From: Octopus sinensis
Taxonomy: Eukaryota
Reading direction: 5' to 3'
DNA: 64,000 nt
NCBI RefSeq assembly: GCF_006345805.1
Contig: NC_042998.1
Span: forward strand, 67,456,001-67,520,000
This document shows positions 13,153 through 25,790 of this stretch, one piece after another. Below the pieces are notes generated by a model, which searched no databases, was not told where the DNA came from, and saw only the letters and a program-made list of their open reading frames with translations. Each line of letters starts with the position of its first letter. The first letter of the stretch is position 1. A program made the position numbers and the translations under genes.

Positions 13153-13211
<59 letters not shown>

Positions 13212-14215
13212 TATTTGATGATATAAGAGGCGCAAGGGTTTATGATATGTACAACGATTTCAGCTGCACATATTCACGAAAACAGGGTTCTAAGTGCATT
13301 GAAGCATGTGATATATGCTCATATTCACTTAAAGGACCTACTGATGAGGGAGCGATATTTGAGGAAGAAGTGCATCTTACATGCTATTAAATACAGTATG
13401 CTTATGATTTCTTAATTGCAAGGTGTTAGACAAATATATCAACGGGAATATTTAAAACTAAGAGATATATTCAAAACTCAAAGCTTAGAACGTGGCCTGT
13501 TAGAAGTAGCAGTTAACTATCTATCAAATCACAGTCTAATATTATGTATACGAGCTCATCGGATAATGGGACAAAGGAAACATTGTGTTCGACATAATAT
13601 AGGCTGGTCACGGTTGCTTGCTCAAGCAGCGTCCCGTTGTCTACGCAGCCGAAACAACACCAACAAAAGCAATGAACCGAAAATGGATACGATGAGTCGA
13701 CGCATCCATTTCTAGAAATAATAGTTAAATCCTTGCCACATCAAAATCTGTTGTTATTAAAAAGAAAGGACATTGCTTTCATTAAACAGTATCCTTCATT
13801 GGATAATGAAGATCTAATCGTTGAATAAAACATGAGATGATTAACGATAGGAACGCTTTAGATCAGAGATATGCTAATCAAGACTGATCGTGGATTAAAA
13901 ACACCATATCAATAACAACGTTGAAATAAACAACAAAAAAACATCGTTATAATCATTTTGAGATGAAAAATTAAAAATCTATGGCAGCATATAGGCGTAG
14001 AAATAATTATGGAATACAGATGGTAGGTTTGCGTCTCTAGGGTTCCGGAATTTCTTCTACAAGGGATAAGGCATCATACTAAACCCTCAAGTTCGCTAAA
14101 CGTTTCCAAGGAGAATTTCATCGATGGATTATACACATAGACATACATACACACACACAATTTATTATGTATGTATTATATGTATGCAGATATATATAAT
14201 GTATGTATAAACCAC

Positions 14216-14585
14216 AGGCGTGGGTGTATAAAAAGTTTGCTTCTCAACCCTGTGGTTCCGTGTTCAGTCCCACTTTGTGGAACCTTGGGCAAGTGTCTTT
14301 TACTATAACCTCCGGCTAACCAAAAGACCTGTGAGTGGATTTGGTAAACGGAAATTGAATGAAACCTTTCGTATAGTAATGTGCGTGTTTGTCTGTGTGT
14401 GTGTGTGTGTGCGTGTGTGTGTATGTGTGTGTGTGTGTGGTGTTTGTCCCTCATCAGCGCTCGATAACCAAAGTTGGTGTGTCTACATCCTCGTAACTAA
14501 GCTTCTCAGCAAAAGGTTCGATAGAATATGTACCACACTAATAGAAAATAAGTAATGGGGTCGATGATTGAAACAAGTAAAAGAT
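14216..14585 (+). mobile_element. SINE family B, near full length
   Basis: tRNA-like head with GTTCAGTCCC B-box, CCTTGGGCAAGTGTCTT core, internal (TG)n, GATTGAAACAAGTAAAAG tail. Confidence 0.85.
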
Positions 14586-14701
14586 ACAAGGTATATGTAT
14601 GTATATTAGGTACAGTGACATATATATAATGTGTATATATACGGATATGATTACACACACACATATATACAGATATGGGTTTACATATATATGTATGTAT
14701 A

Positions 14702-14737
<36 letters not shown>

Positions 14738-14750
14738 TGTATGTATGTAT

Positions 14751-15500
14751 GTATATAGATACATAACTAGATAGACTTAGGCACTTGAGTATATTCACAT
14801 CTTTATATGTTTATTTACATAATCCAAGATATATGTATTGTGCATATGAATGTTTGTTTTTTTGTTGTTTGTGTTAGCTATACATCTATGTAACTATGTT
14901 GTATTACGCATGTAAGTGTGCTTATTTCTATTATGTATTCCTTATATGTGTATGTATGTACGTACATATCTGGCTATGTGTATCATAACTGTGTTTTGTA
15001 TGCATGCAGTATATATGTGCATTCATAATATATATATATATTATATATGTACATGTGTGTATGTATGTATGTATGTATGTATGTATGTATGTATGTATGT
15101 ATGTATTATGTATGTATGTATGTATGTATGTATGTATGTATATAGATACATAACTAGATAGACTTAGGCACTTGAGTATATTCACATCTTTATATGTTTA
15201 TTTACATAATCCAAGATATATGTATTGTGCATATGAATGTTTGTTTTTTTGTTGTTTGTGTTAGCTATACATCTATGTAACTATGTTGTATTACGCATGT
15301 AAGTGTGCTTATTTCTATTATGTATTCCTTATATGTGTATGTATGTACGTACATATCTGGCTATGTGTATCATAACTGTGTTTTGTATGCATGCAGTATA
15401 TATGTGCATTCATAATATATATATATATTATATATGTACATGTGTGTATGTATGTATGTATGTATGTATGTATGTATGTATGTATGTATGTATGTATGTA
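14751..15500. repeat. Tandem duplication, 387-bp period
   Basis: 14751-15060 appears identical to 15138-15447; the copies are separated by (TATG)n. Confidence 0.9.
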
Positions 15501-16300
15501 TTATGTATGTATGTATGTATCTATGTATGTATGTATCTATGTATGTATGTATACGTGTGTGTGTAAGTTATTATTTAGCCTTATCATCCTTGCAATTATC
15601 AGGACTTGTAAAGTTGTGTTGTCTTTCAAAGAATCTCATCAGAATGTTCTTTATCATAGAAATACTGGTTGATCAAATACTTTCAAATAAGATTGAAATG
15701 CCCTTCGAAGTGTACATTAAATTGATTAAATTGATTACATTGCATGGCTTAAGATTATATTAATATTTTCTCCATGCTTTTCACAGCCGTTTGTTTGTCT
15801 AGGACACATTTTCTGTTTGATAAAAACATTACTTCAATCAATTTTAATATAGAAAAGAGTACGGCATATTTTTGTTGTAAAATTTTTGCGTCTTTATTTT
15901 TATTCTTAAATAATATTTGACATCTACATTAGGAGAGCGTTACCGAGTCTTTTATAAAATGTAAATGAGTTTTTGAATGTAAACTGATCTAATCTCTCTT
16001 CTCGTTATAATGCTTCTAGAAGGCTAAAGAACTTACACATAAATACACAAACACATGCTCCCAAATGCAGGCAAATAAGCTCCGCACCATGCTTTAAAGC
16101 AGAACAGCTTTCTGCAAGATGATGCTTATACATGTTGCTTTAGCTAAGACAGTCGTTGCTTGAGAAAGACGGGTCTCGGTTTCGAAGAACTTCGAGCTCA
16201 CGAGTTATATAGACAGAAAGATAGATATTCAATACTGTACAATATATATGTATATATATATAATACTAATATAATTAAAATATATATATATATATATGTA

Positions 16301-16371
<71 letters not shown>

Positions 16372-16377
16372 ATGTGA

Positions 16378-16590
16378 TTGTGTGTCTGTGTTTCTCCCCT
16401 AGCATTGCTTGACAACCGATGCTGGTGTGTTTACGGACGTCCCGTCACTTAGCGGTTCGGCAAAAAGAGACCGATAGAATAAGTACTGGGCTTACAAAGA
16501 ATAAGTCCCGGGGTTGAGATTGCTCGACTAAAGGCGGTGCTCCAGCATGGCCGCAGTCAAATGACTGAAACAAGTAAAAGAGTAAAAGAG
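16378..16590 (+). mobile_element. SINE family B, 3' half
   Basis: CTTAGCGGTTCGGCAAAAAGAGACCGATAG...AAGGCGGTGCTCCAGCATGGCCGCAGTCAAATGACTGAAACAAG(TAAAAGAG)n. Confidence 0.9.
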
Positions 16591-16736
16591 TAAAAGAGTA
16601 TACATTCATATAATGTAATATATATATATATAAATATATATATATACATTAATATGATATTACCTATATATATATATATATCTATATATATATATATACA
16701 TTAATATAATATATATACATTAGTATATTATATATA

Positions 16737-16955
16737 CTCTTACTCTCTTTTACTCTTTTACTTCTTTCAGTCATTTGGCAGCGGCCATGCTGAAGCAATG
16801 CCTTTAGTCGAGCGAATCGACCCCATGACTTATTCTTTGTAAGCCTAATATTTATTATATCGGTTACTTTTGCCGAACCGCTAAGTTACGGGGACGTTAA
16901 CACTCTAGCATCGGCTGTCAAGCGGTGTTGGGGGGCGACTAACACAGACACAAAC
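16737..16955 (-). mobile_element. SINE family B, 3' half
   Basis: Reverse complement homologous to 16378-16590. Confidence 0.85.
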
Positions 16956-17043
16956 ATTATTATATATATATACATTATTATATATATATATATATAATAT
17001 ATATATATATATATAATATATATATATTATATATATATAGATA

Positions 17044-17518
17044 TATAATATAAGCGGGATCAGCCCCACCACCCCGCCCTGTCCCTAGCTACATTCAGAT
17101 GGCTGATCCCGCTTATATTATAGAGTAGTTACTGTTTATACCTCGCTCAGAGATTTATTATTGTTATCGAACGGATTTTCTACGCCAGTGACTGTGGTTA
17201 CTGTGAAAATCTATATATATCTGGCCTGTACAGGAAGTCCCTCAGCGAAGAACGGTGCTTGCCATGCGCTGACAAGAGGCAAATACCTGGAAACCGGTCC
17301 GTGTGTAGCATCCGTATCTTCTGTGAGGCTGATCTCCCTTTGCAGGCTAGCAAGGACACCGTGATGGTGTCGGCTCTTCTGGTGACGTCGATAGTCGCCT
17401 GGGGCTAAATGCATCAGTAACACCTCCACCACCCCGCCCTGTCCCTAGCCACATTCAGATGGCTGATTCCGCTTATATTATAGAGCAGTTACTGTTTATA
17501 CCTCGCTCAGAGATTTAT

Positions 17519-17522
<4 letters not shown>
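17044..17522 (+). mobile_element. pLTR/retrozyme-like unit: 360-bp monomer, 97-bp terminal redundancy, 22-bp inverted cap, degenerate HHR
   Basis: 17066-17162 matches 17426-17522 with 3 transitions; 17044-17065 is the reverse complement of 17101-17122; HHR-like motif at 17263-17305. Confidence 0.7.
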
Positions 17523-17549
<27 letters not shown>

Positions 17550-17556
17550 CGTATAT

Positions 17557-17716
17557 ACGTCGGGCTTCTTTCAGTTTCCGTGTACCAAATCCACTCACAA
17601 GGCTTTGGTCGGCCCTAGTCTATAGTAGAAGACACTTGCCCACGATGCAGTGGGACTGAACCCGGAACCATGCTTTTGAGAAGCAAGCGTCCTACCAGAC
17701 CATCACTCCTGCGCTC
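17557..17716 (-). mobile_element. SINE family B, 5' half
   Basis: Reverse complement: GCGCAGGAGTGATGGTCTGGTAGG...GGGTTCAGTCCCACTGC...GGCAAGTGTCTTCTACTATAG. Confidence 0.85.
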
Positions 17717-19309
17717 ATATAAGTATATATATACATAAGTGTGTGTGTGCGACAAAGAGATGATCGGCAATGGGAAACTAAATATCGGAAATTAAACTGA
17801 TTCTTTTGAAGAAAATTATTTTGCTGTATTTATTCTACCTAAGTTGCATAGACGGACCCTATCACTCTCCCAATTGTAAATTCAATGAACTAGTATTCCC
17901 TCCCCTCCTTAACATGTTGTTCAGTTCTCGTTGCCTCTTCCATGCGTTACCTCTTCTGTGCGTCACCTCTACAGGTTTATGGACCTCACATGCAAAGAAA
18001 CACTCTAAGCTTTAAAATCTGCACATTTTCTGTTACTTCAACTGATCGAACACTTATTTAAAAGATGTTACATATTAAAATATAGAGGAAAACTTAGTCG
18101 CATCGATTTACAAATATGCAAGTTACTTTGATTTAATGTCTTCATTTATTATAACTGCCCATTCGAACAATATTTTCCATAAAGACTTTTAATTCACTTT
18201 TAGTTGGTTCGAGGATTAGTACTTCACGATAAATAAAGTAATTCGATATACAACAATTTCATTCTTTCTCTTTTTACCAAAGCGATAAAGCTTTTTGATG
18301 ACAGCAATTCAGAATGTTCCATTTCTGCAGATTATCCATAGTGCACTGATTTTCTTCATTAAACTAATAACAATTTCAAATATAGTTTAACGTGCAATCT
18401 TTATAGAACGTTATTTTCAGCGAAAGATTTAATCTATAATTCTTTTAGGAACAAAATTTATAAAAACAAATAGTTGTGCTAAACCAATTACATCCGTTGA
18501 CTTATATATTTACAGTGCAAACAGCTTATTGCTTTTATAAAAATATATGAGGTGCATTTTAATATATTGCAAGATATCTTACAATCCGCCTTACAATTAG
18601 CTAATATAATCCTTTTATTTTCTATTTCTTGTTCAAATTCTAGTTCGAACAGCATGAATATTTTATGGTGGTTTCCGCAGTGAATGCGGTTCCTTCTTTT
18701 GGAATAATTTTCAGTAACATAACTCGACTGATGCGTTTTACAAGTTACATCTTAACAGATTTAACAGCTCCTTCAAATATAATACCGGCTTTTTCCAATA
18801 ACTGCTGAGATTTATAGATTAAATAGGTGTTTAATTCATTTAGCATCATACTTTTATTGCACCTATATTACCACACCCTCAAAACTAGTGATAAAGGGAT
18901 ATATTTCATATCCAGAAAATGTACAGTTCTCTTTTATATAAACTTCATTGTACAAAGGAAACTTACAAAGATGTTCCGTTACAATTCCGTACAATTCTTA
19001 TCTTTAAATTCAAAACCTTAAAATTTTCCTTTGCGTGTATTATATTTTGATTTTTTCAGTCATCTTCAACAGTACTAATTAAATTCCTATTATTCTCACA
19101 CACCTAGTTAATGAAATAATCAAACAATTAAGTATTATAATACACGTTACCCAGTTACGTAATTATTTTTGTGTGGATGTATCAGATTTCTAATATATTT
19201 CACACCAAATACTTAGAAAAATTAATCAGGTCGGATAAAATTTCACGTCACAAATCAGCAGCAGTTTAAACTAGTTTTGTGAAACGGCTTCAAAATCTCC
19301 ACATCGATT

Positions 19310-19390
19310 TTTTTGCGCCCTTTTAAAGCCTAACCGGGCTCATAGGTCCGGTTTCCCGGTTTTAATGGCGTATGTGTTCCCCAGGCCACA
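19310..19390 (-). mobile_element. SINE 3' fragment related to 57437-57671
   Basis: Shares GCTCATA.G.CCGGTT..CCGGTTT...TGGCGTAT. Confidence 0.55.
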
Positions 19391-20535
19391 TTGATATATT
19401 TCAGTCTAAATTATATTGCCGTATCCTCACCACAGAAAGGTGTTCCACTACAGCTAGGACTTTCATGATCCTTGGTTTGGGCTGTCAGAAAGGAATTAAA
19501 CAATGACTCTCAATCATGTCTCTATATTCACTTGAAAGGCGGAAATGAGTGTCATACAGATTAAAAAATATTCTTTGAAATATGAAATTTATGAAAAATA
19601 TACTCTGGACTTTACGAGATCTTAGAATTACACTAAAATATACTATGTACTCAATTCAAATTGGTCGGGCTGGTGTTCTCATCTGTATTGTTGCTTTCAC
19701 TTCGTTTTGGCTTTTGTAAGCAACAGGTTTCTTCCGGTGTCTTGTCTTATCGGAATTTTGAACCTAACCTTTTATTTGATCCATTGTTCTGTGTTTTCAT
19801 TCAGTAATTTCTGAACAAAAGTTCAGATTTTAGAAAATGAAGATGAAATGACGTATTGTATTTAGTTACTGTACTTTAGATTTTGGAGTTCTGTAATTAA
19901 ATAACAGTTATCTTCATTGCCTTTTCATTTTCCAGGATTCCAACATTGATAAATTTAATCATTGAATTCAAAGCTGATATCAGCCTAATCAGCTATACAA
20001 TTTTCTTTAAATATTGTGTCCTTAGACAAAAGTTAAAACTATAAAAAAAACTATACCTAAATGTCCTCATTTTAATCAAATACAAAGAATTTATTTTACA
20101 AATTCCAAACACTCAACATTTGTAATAAGAAACCTTATATATAAATTGTTCCTTCATATCTTTAAAGATAAAATAACGACCTCAATAATACGAGAACAAT
20201 GGAGAGAATTTATCCTGGTCTTATGTGAATGAATATTTTAAACTTTGATACTTAACGTCATTTATTTATCTTACTTCGTTATTCATTTTGACACTGCTTT
20301 CAAAATACTAAGTGTTACAATACATCTATTTTTATGTACAAACCTTATCTACACAACTTAATATAGTGAAACATTTCTACTGATCAACTTAGTGTATTAT
20401 AGCTGTGAAAGGAAACAGTATTATCAGACAAACATATACAAAGGCATAATGCGTACAAACATCAGTATATATGTATACATACTCATGTGTGTATATAAAG
20501 ATATACATAAACACATACAGATGTATGTGTATATA

Positions 20536-20566
<31 letters not shown>

Positions 20567-20670
20567 GTAATTTTTATATATATGTATGCATATGTATATA
20601 TATACACACATAGACACACCTATATATACATACACGCATATATGTACATTCATCATGTGAGTGTGTGCGA

Positions 20671-21225
20671 TGGGGGGGGTCGGACTAAATTTGACAGCTT
20701 GCATGAAAGAAAATGAAACACAATATCTCATCCAAAGCTAAAACATTTTAAAATGGTTGAGAGATAATTTACTGAAAGTGTCCACCCTTCGCTTCCACCG
20801 GAGCCTCATGACGGCTCCGTAATCTAGCGCATGCGTTCCTCCCTGTATCCCTAGCAATATCTTACATCTTCTTGACCACAGTTTCCCACAGTTTCACATA
20901 GCCTTCTGAATTGAGGGGTAAGGCCTGTTCATCAATTGTTGGATACTCTCCGGCGTGAGGACGCAGTCAGAACACATTCTGTGTCCCTGCCCGCTGGCTA
21001 TTGCCTTGCACTCTACATTGCAGCTGTCTATGTCACGCCTCACAGCCTTTACAGTGTTTACAGAGCATTGAGCAGCAATCATGTAGTCGGCATTTTGACA
21101 CCTGGTGCGAAACATCATGATAAAGATAACTCTTTTCCAATATTCCTATGGCTTCCAATCATCCAATGCCAGCTAACTTTTACACAACTACAACTTCAAA
21201 TCTTCAAATTTAGCCCGAACACTCT
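20671..21225 (-). mobile_element. Internally deleted Tc1/mariner element
   Basis: Imperfect TIRs (GGGGGTCGGACTAAATTTG and CAAATTTAGCCCGAACAC). The minus strand encodes a transposase N-terminus (AAQCSVNTVKAVRRD...CSDCVLTPESIQQL) joined to a C-terminus (RDTGRNACARLRSRHEAPVEAKGGHFQ). Confidence 0.8.
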
Positions 21226-22042
21226 TATATATGTATCAATTCATGCATGTGTACATGTGTCTGCATATTTACATATTCACACCCACATATAATTAGTGCA
21301 TGTGCGTATATGAATATATATCTAAATAGACACATCCCACAAATATATATACACGTAAGCATAACGTGTGGACAAAGAATGATCTGCATTGCAAACTCTG
21401 CATTTTATACTCGAATAAATATCGCATGGGGTGATACTGTTTAACGCTTCTGTCCCACAACAATTTCCCATGGATGCGCCGAAATATGTGTCATTTATTT
21501 AATCAGCTGAATCATCTCTGGAAACAGTGACTTCTTAAGGTTTTCATCCAAGTGTGACGATCGCTAATTGTAGTTAATCTTCCCTTCGGAATCCAGGGAT
21601 TTCCGGGGAAATAAATTTAGTCATAATTCCTTGAATGTTTACAGTTTTACAGATCTTGTCTTGTAGTATCAGTAACACAGAGCATTGCAATTTCGTCATC
21701 TACAGACTTACATTCTGTTACCATTGTTGAGTTGGGTGGCTGTGCTACTGAGCATGATTTTAATTCAGTGCATTTTGATGTATTCAGCGGTGTTATTCAG
21801 GCAGGTGTAATGAATTTACCTTTACAAGCATTTTATTCATGAGACGGTTGGAAATGTTGTCCTATTAAAGTTTGAAAGGTTCAGCCTACTTTCAACGATC
21901 GTGATAAGATCCACAAAATCGACTCTGCAACATTTTTCATTTATAAAATAAAAAAAAGGAAAGCAATTAGCGTTCAATACTTTTGATTGGACATATACGT
22001 AATGAATAATATTTGACGGAGCTCTACATTAAAACTTTATGG

Positions 22043-22099
22043 GAGGAGGACACGTTCATTAAGTTCAGAGACATCTGACTTGGTGAACGTGTCCTACTC
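22043..22099. repeat. ~57-nt hairpin
   Basis: AGGACACGTTCATTAAGTTCAGA-GACA-TCTGACTTGGTGAACGTGTCCT. Confidence 0.8.
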
Positions 22100-22146
22100 A
22101 ACTGCGAATCTTTAAGTAACGAGGAGCTGAATCAAAATGCTATAAT

Positions 22147-22149
<3 letters not shown>

Positions 22150-22198
<49 letters not shown>

Positions 22199-22200
22199 GA
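22150..22200. repeat. (TG)n microsatellite
   Basis: Direct reading. Confidence 0.95.
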
Positions 22201-22959
22201 TGTGTGTGTGCGTGTGTTTGGATGCCTGTATATGTGTGCCTATGTTTGTGGGCTAAGTTATAACGAAAACGATTTAACATTATACTGAATGATTACTTCA
22301 TACATAATACAATAACTTCGGAACTTTGGCCTGCTCTACCATGATTTTATTGTAATATATTCGAATCCATCTTGGGTTTTTGTAATCTCTGATAAGTTCA
22401 AAATTTTTGAATTGGCCGGAGCTCAGATTAAGCATAATTAGGCCGTATGTTAGCTTGTGACGGAATTTTTTTTTTTGTTTTTGATAATTGATTATATTTG
22501 GAACTGTTTTATTATTCAGAATTCAGTCACGTTTGTAAAAGTAATTATGCACGGGTGTCAGATTTTAGGTCATGGAGTTTATAAGGGTTCAGAAAGGAAT
22601 ATAAGTAGGTAAGAATGATACTTGGCTAGTAGATATCTCTACCCTTTGTTGGTTTTATTTCGGAGACTAACGAGTTTCTTTTGCGATGGTAGAGGTTTTC
22701 ATTTATGTTAAACTATGTTTTGGCGTATTGATTTAAGAATGTCAACTGTAGGCCATGGTTTTATTTATAGAAATTTGTTTCTTTGGTAGTTCAATGTTTA
22801 GAAAAGGATATTTCAACCAAAATACCTACGGAAAGTGTAATGTCAGTGTAAATAGATTCGAAAATACATACATGTATACATGCGTATATTCATATATAAT
22901 ATATTCATACATACATGCCTTCATACATATATTCGTACATACTTACATATATTCATACA

Positions 22960-22962
22960 TAC

Positions 22963-23018
<56 letters not shown>

Positions 23019-23060
23019 GTACATATATATATTCCTACATATATATACACACACACATAT

Positions 23061-23145
<85 letters not shown>

Positions 23146-23169
23146 ATGTGTGTGTGTATGTGTGTGTGA
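22960..23169. repeat. (TA)n/(TG)n compound microsatellite
   Basis: Direct reading; truncates the adjacent transposase. Confidence 0.95.
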
Positions 23170-23980
23170 TAGTGCAGAGTCTTAATATAACATATATGAC
23201 CTTACATTGCATACACTGTCTATCCAGGACTTAACAATTAGTTCCAAGACCTCAACTCTAAGGTCTTGTGGAAAGAAATAAGGAGTATCAAATGTCCTTC
23301 ATTGCTGACAACCCCTCAAACCATGACATTTGTGGAAATTGTGTATGCATAACACTTGGAACTTCAGAAGGGTCTGAACATAGCCATCTGTCATTTCTTC
23401 TGTTAAGTTTTTGATCTTGATCGAAGTTTTTCTCGTTTGAGAAAACCAAATCAAATCTACTGGGTTTTTCAGTTTGTTTAAGAGCCTTTTAGATCTGATG
23501 CAGTGATATTCTTATGCTTTTTCTGACAAATTGACCTTTGCTCATCATATAAAACTTATATCTGTTGTCTTTGTGGACATTTCTGACTGTACCTTCTGAC
23601 ACATGGAAATGTTTTGCAACTGACCTCATGGACTTTCTGGAATTGTAACCAATGGTCTGTTGGACTTCTTGGATAAATTCAGGTGTTCTAATGACTTCAG
23701 AGCAGTTAAGATGCTTTTTATTCTTTGATATTGGTGATACGTTTCTATCTTCAGTCACTAGATCTTCACAAACATTGTAGAAGAAAGGTCTGGCAACTTC
23801 TAAAAATCGAAATATTTCTAAATCGCTATGCTCAGCCTTTATAACCAAAATAACAGCATGCCTCTCCATTTCTTGAAGGTCTGCTATTATAATTTTCTGA
23901 ATCAAAGATTATACACAATTAGCAAAAAATGCAGCAATGACCCCCAAAACGGTATGTCCTCAAATACCTTACGCACTCTG
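23170..23980 (-). pseudogene. Tc1/mariner transposase pseudogene
   Basis: HTH region in ORF 23489-23905 (ERHAVILVIKAEHSDLEI...KSMRSVAKHFHVSEGTVRN). Catalytic region reads EKNFDQDQKLNRRNDRWLCSDPSEVPSVMHTQFP and VKSWIDSVC...*DSA, with stops and frameshifts. TA-CAGAGTG terminus at 23980. Confidence 0.9.
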
Positions 23981-24379
23981 TATATCTAGAAAAAAAGTTC
24001 TCGTAGAGTATAATATATATTTGAAAAAATGAGTAGATATGGCTTTTTGTGGGGCAATATTTTTATTTCAATATTAATAATAATAATAATAATGCTTACA
24101 GTGGGTGTAATAATGTTTACTCACTGCAAACATTATTATTAAGATTAAAATAAAAATTATCTCTCCAAAAACGCCATCTTGATTTTTCCAAACACACACA
24201 CACACACAAACATATATATATACTTACATACATACATACATACATACATGCCAAGATTATGGAAGACCAAACAAGCTAAGAAATTTTGACTCACAATTAT
24301 ATGTACATATTTTTATAAATTCTACCCCCACCACCATTTTTGTATGTTCATATGTCCAAAATAGTATATTATAAAATAC

Positions 24380-24437
24380 TCGCGAAACCGCGATCCTACA
24401 ACCGCGAGTCTGCTTCCCTAACTTGACCATTGCGCCT

Positions 24438-24440
<3 letters not shown>
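24380..24440 (-). mobile_element. tRNA-Arg-like SINE head fragment (family C)
   Basis: CGATCCTACAACCGCGAGTCTGCTTCCCTAAC...CATTGCGCCTCAC matches the head at 38560-38614. Confidence 0.7.
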
Positions 24441-24469
<29 letters not shown>

Positions 24470-24479
24470 AATGTGACCG

Positions 24480-24677
24480 CATGTGTGTCGTTGGCGATTT
24501 TTTTCCTCCGTCTTCCCTTCCTTGGATCTTTCCTTTTCCTATGTTTCTGACGAAGATCTCCGCTCGAAACGTTAAATCCTCCTTTCTTTCCTTTCCTGAG
24601 CGTCCAATAACACTATGCTTGTTCCACGGCCTCGCGTTGTTGTGTTTTCTCTTTGTGTTTTCATGTTTGGATTAACT
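24480..24677 (+). mobile_element. ~200-bp element with minimal HHR motif, between (TA)n tracts
   Basis: GUUU-CUGACGA-A-GAUCUCCGCUC-GAAA-CG-UU^AAAU at 24543-24577; homologs at 12680, 43705 and more distantly 54186. Confidence 0.7.
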
Positions 24678-25618
24678 TTATATATATATATATGTATACA
24701 TACATACACACATACATACAAAGACAAAGAGAAATACAGACCAAAAATTAGGATAAGCGATAAATGAGAAAGTGATTCATATGAAAATATGATTACCTTG
24801 GTCTGCTTCATGTACCTTCGTCTTATCATCTTCTGCACCGACCTTGTTCTGACTCAAAAGTCACCTTACTTGAGCGAAAGCTCAGCATCTTATATCTTCG
24901 TACTGATATGCCATGTCACTTCACTGTCATTTGATCTTACATGATTTATATGCATTTCATAAATCATATACGACTGGGTTCAGCGTGCCTGTATTCATAT
25001 TAATGATTTCTATGCACTCAGACACACACACATACACACACACACATACATACGCACACACACACACACGTAAATATACATATATGCGTACGACTTTATG
25101 TATGTATAAATACACATACGCACATATAAATATATATATATATACATAAGATTGTATGTATGAATACATGCATACACACTCACACACATGAAGCACATAG
25201 TTTAATGTGTGTGTTCTTATTAAATTGCGTCTTTTCCTTTGTTTGCTGTCTCTCTATCTGTATATCTGTGACTCCTCTGGTAAATCTACGTCATCTATAC
25301 TTTTCTGGCAAGCAAACATTATATTTATGATTTGCGAAATGAAGAAAGATGGACGAGTATTAAAATTTGCATTAGATCCGAACTTCATCGTGTGTATTAT
25401 CATTGGCATTTTGCCATTTAACTGTCTAACAATAAACACACAAGATTTACTAATCCACGCCGCTAAACGTCAATATTATTGTCACTGTGTACGGTCTCTA
25501 GTATCATGATAATAAATACCCCTTTAAGAAAAAGTATGGTAAATTAGATGATTATGGCTTGAGTAGAGTAGCAATACTATTAGTTATAGTGTGGCTGTTT
25601 AAGTTAGTTATTCTAAAT

Positions 25619-25790
25619 ATAGTAATCCTTCGACTATCACGGGTGTTAATTTCCACAGAAATAATTATAATCTAAAAAAGTATAAATACTTATCGGCCGC
25701 AGAAACCCGCGTTATACTGAGAAGTCCGCAATGTACTGAGTGCGCGATAGGTGAACCGCGATCTGGCAAGGGATTACTGGAATTCTGGTA
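25619..25790. mobile_element. pogo/Tigger-like MITE
   Basis: Imperfect TIRs TAGTAATCCTTCGACTATCACGG and CCGCGATCTGGCAAGGGATTACTG; related copy at 63512. Confidence 0.6.

Noticed and set aside
13341-13380. CTGATGA core match
   Set aside because: No stem II plus GAAA downstream
15610-15650. Minus-strand CUGAUGA...GAAA
   Set aside because: Stem II only 2 bp and no stem I or stem III complementarity
18600-18870. Protein-like minus-strand frame (YKSQQLLEKAGIIFEGAVKSVKM)
   Set aside because: Interrupted by stops, no motif I recognise, no good splice sites
23735-23760. Minus-strand CUGAAGA-UA-GAAACGU
   Set aside because: Lies inside transposase coding sequence (VTEDRNV) and has no stem II; coincidental
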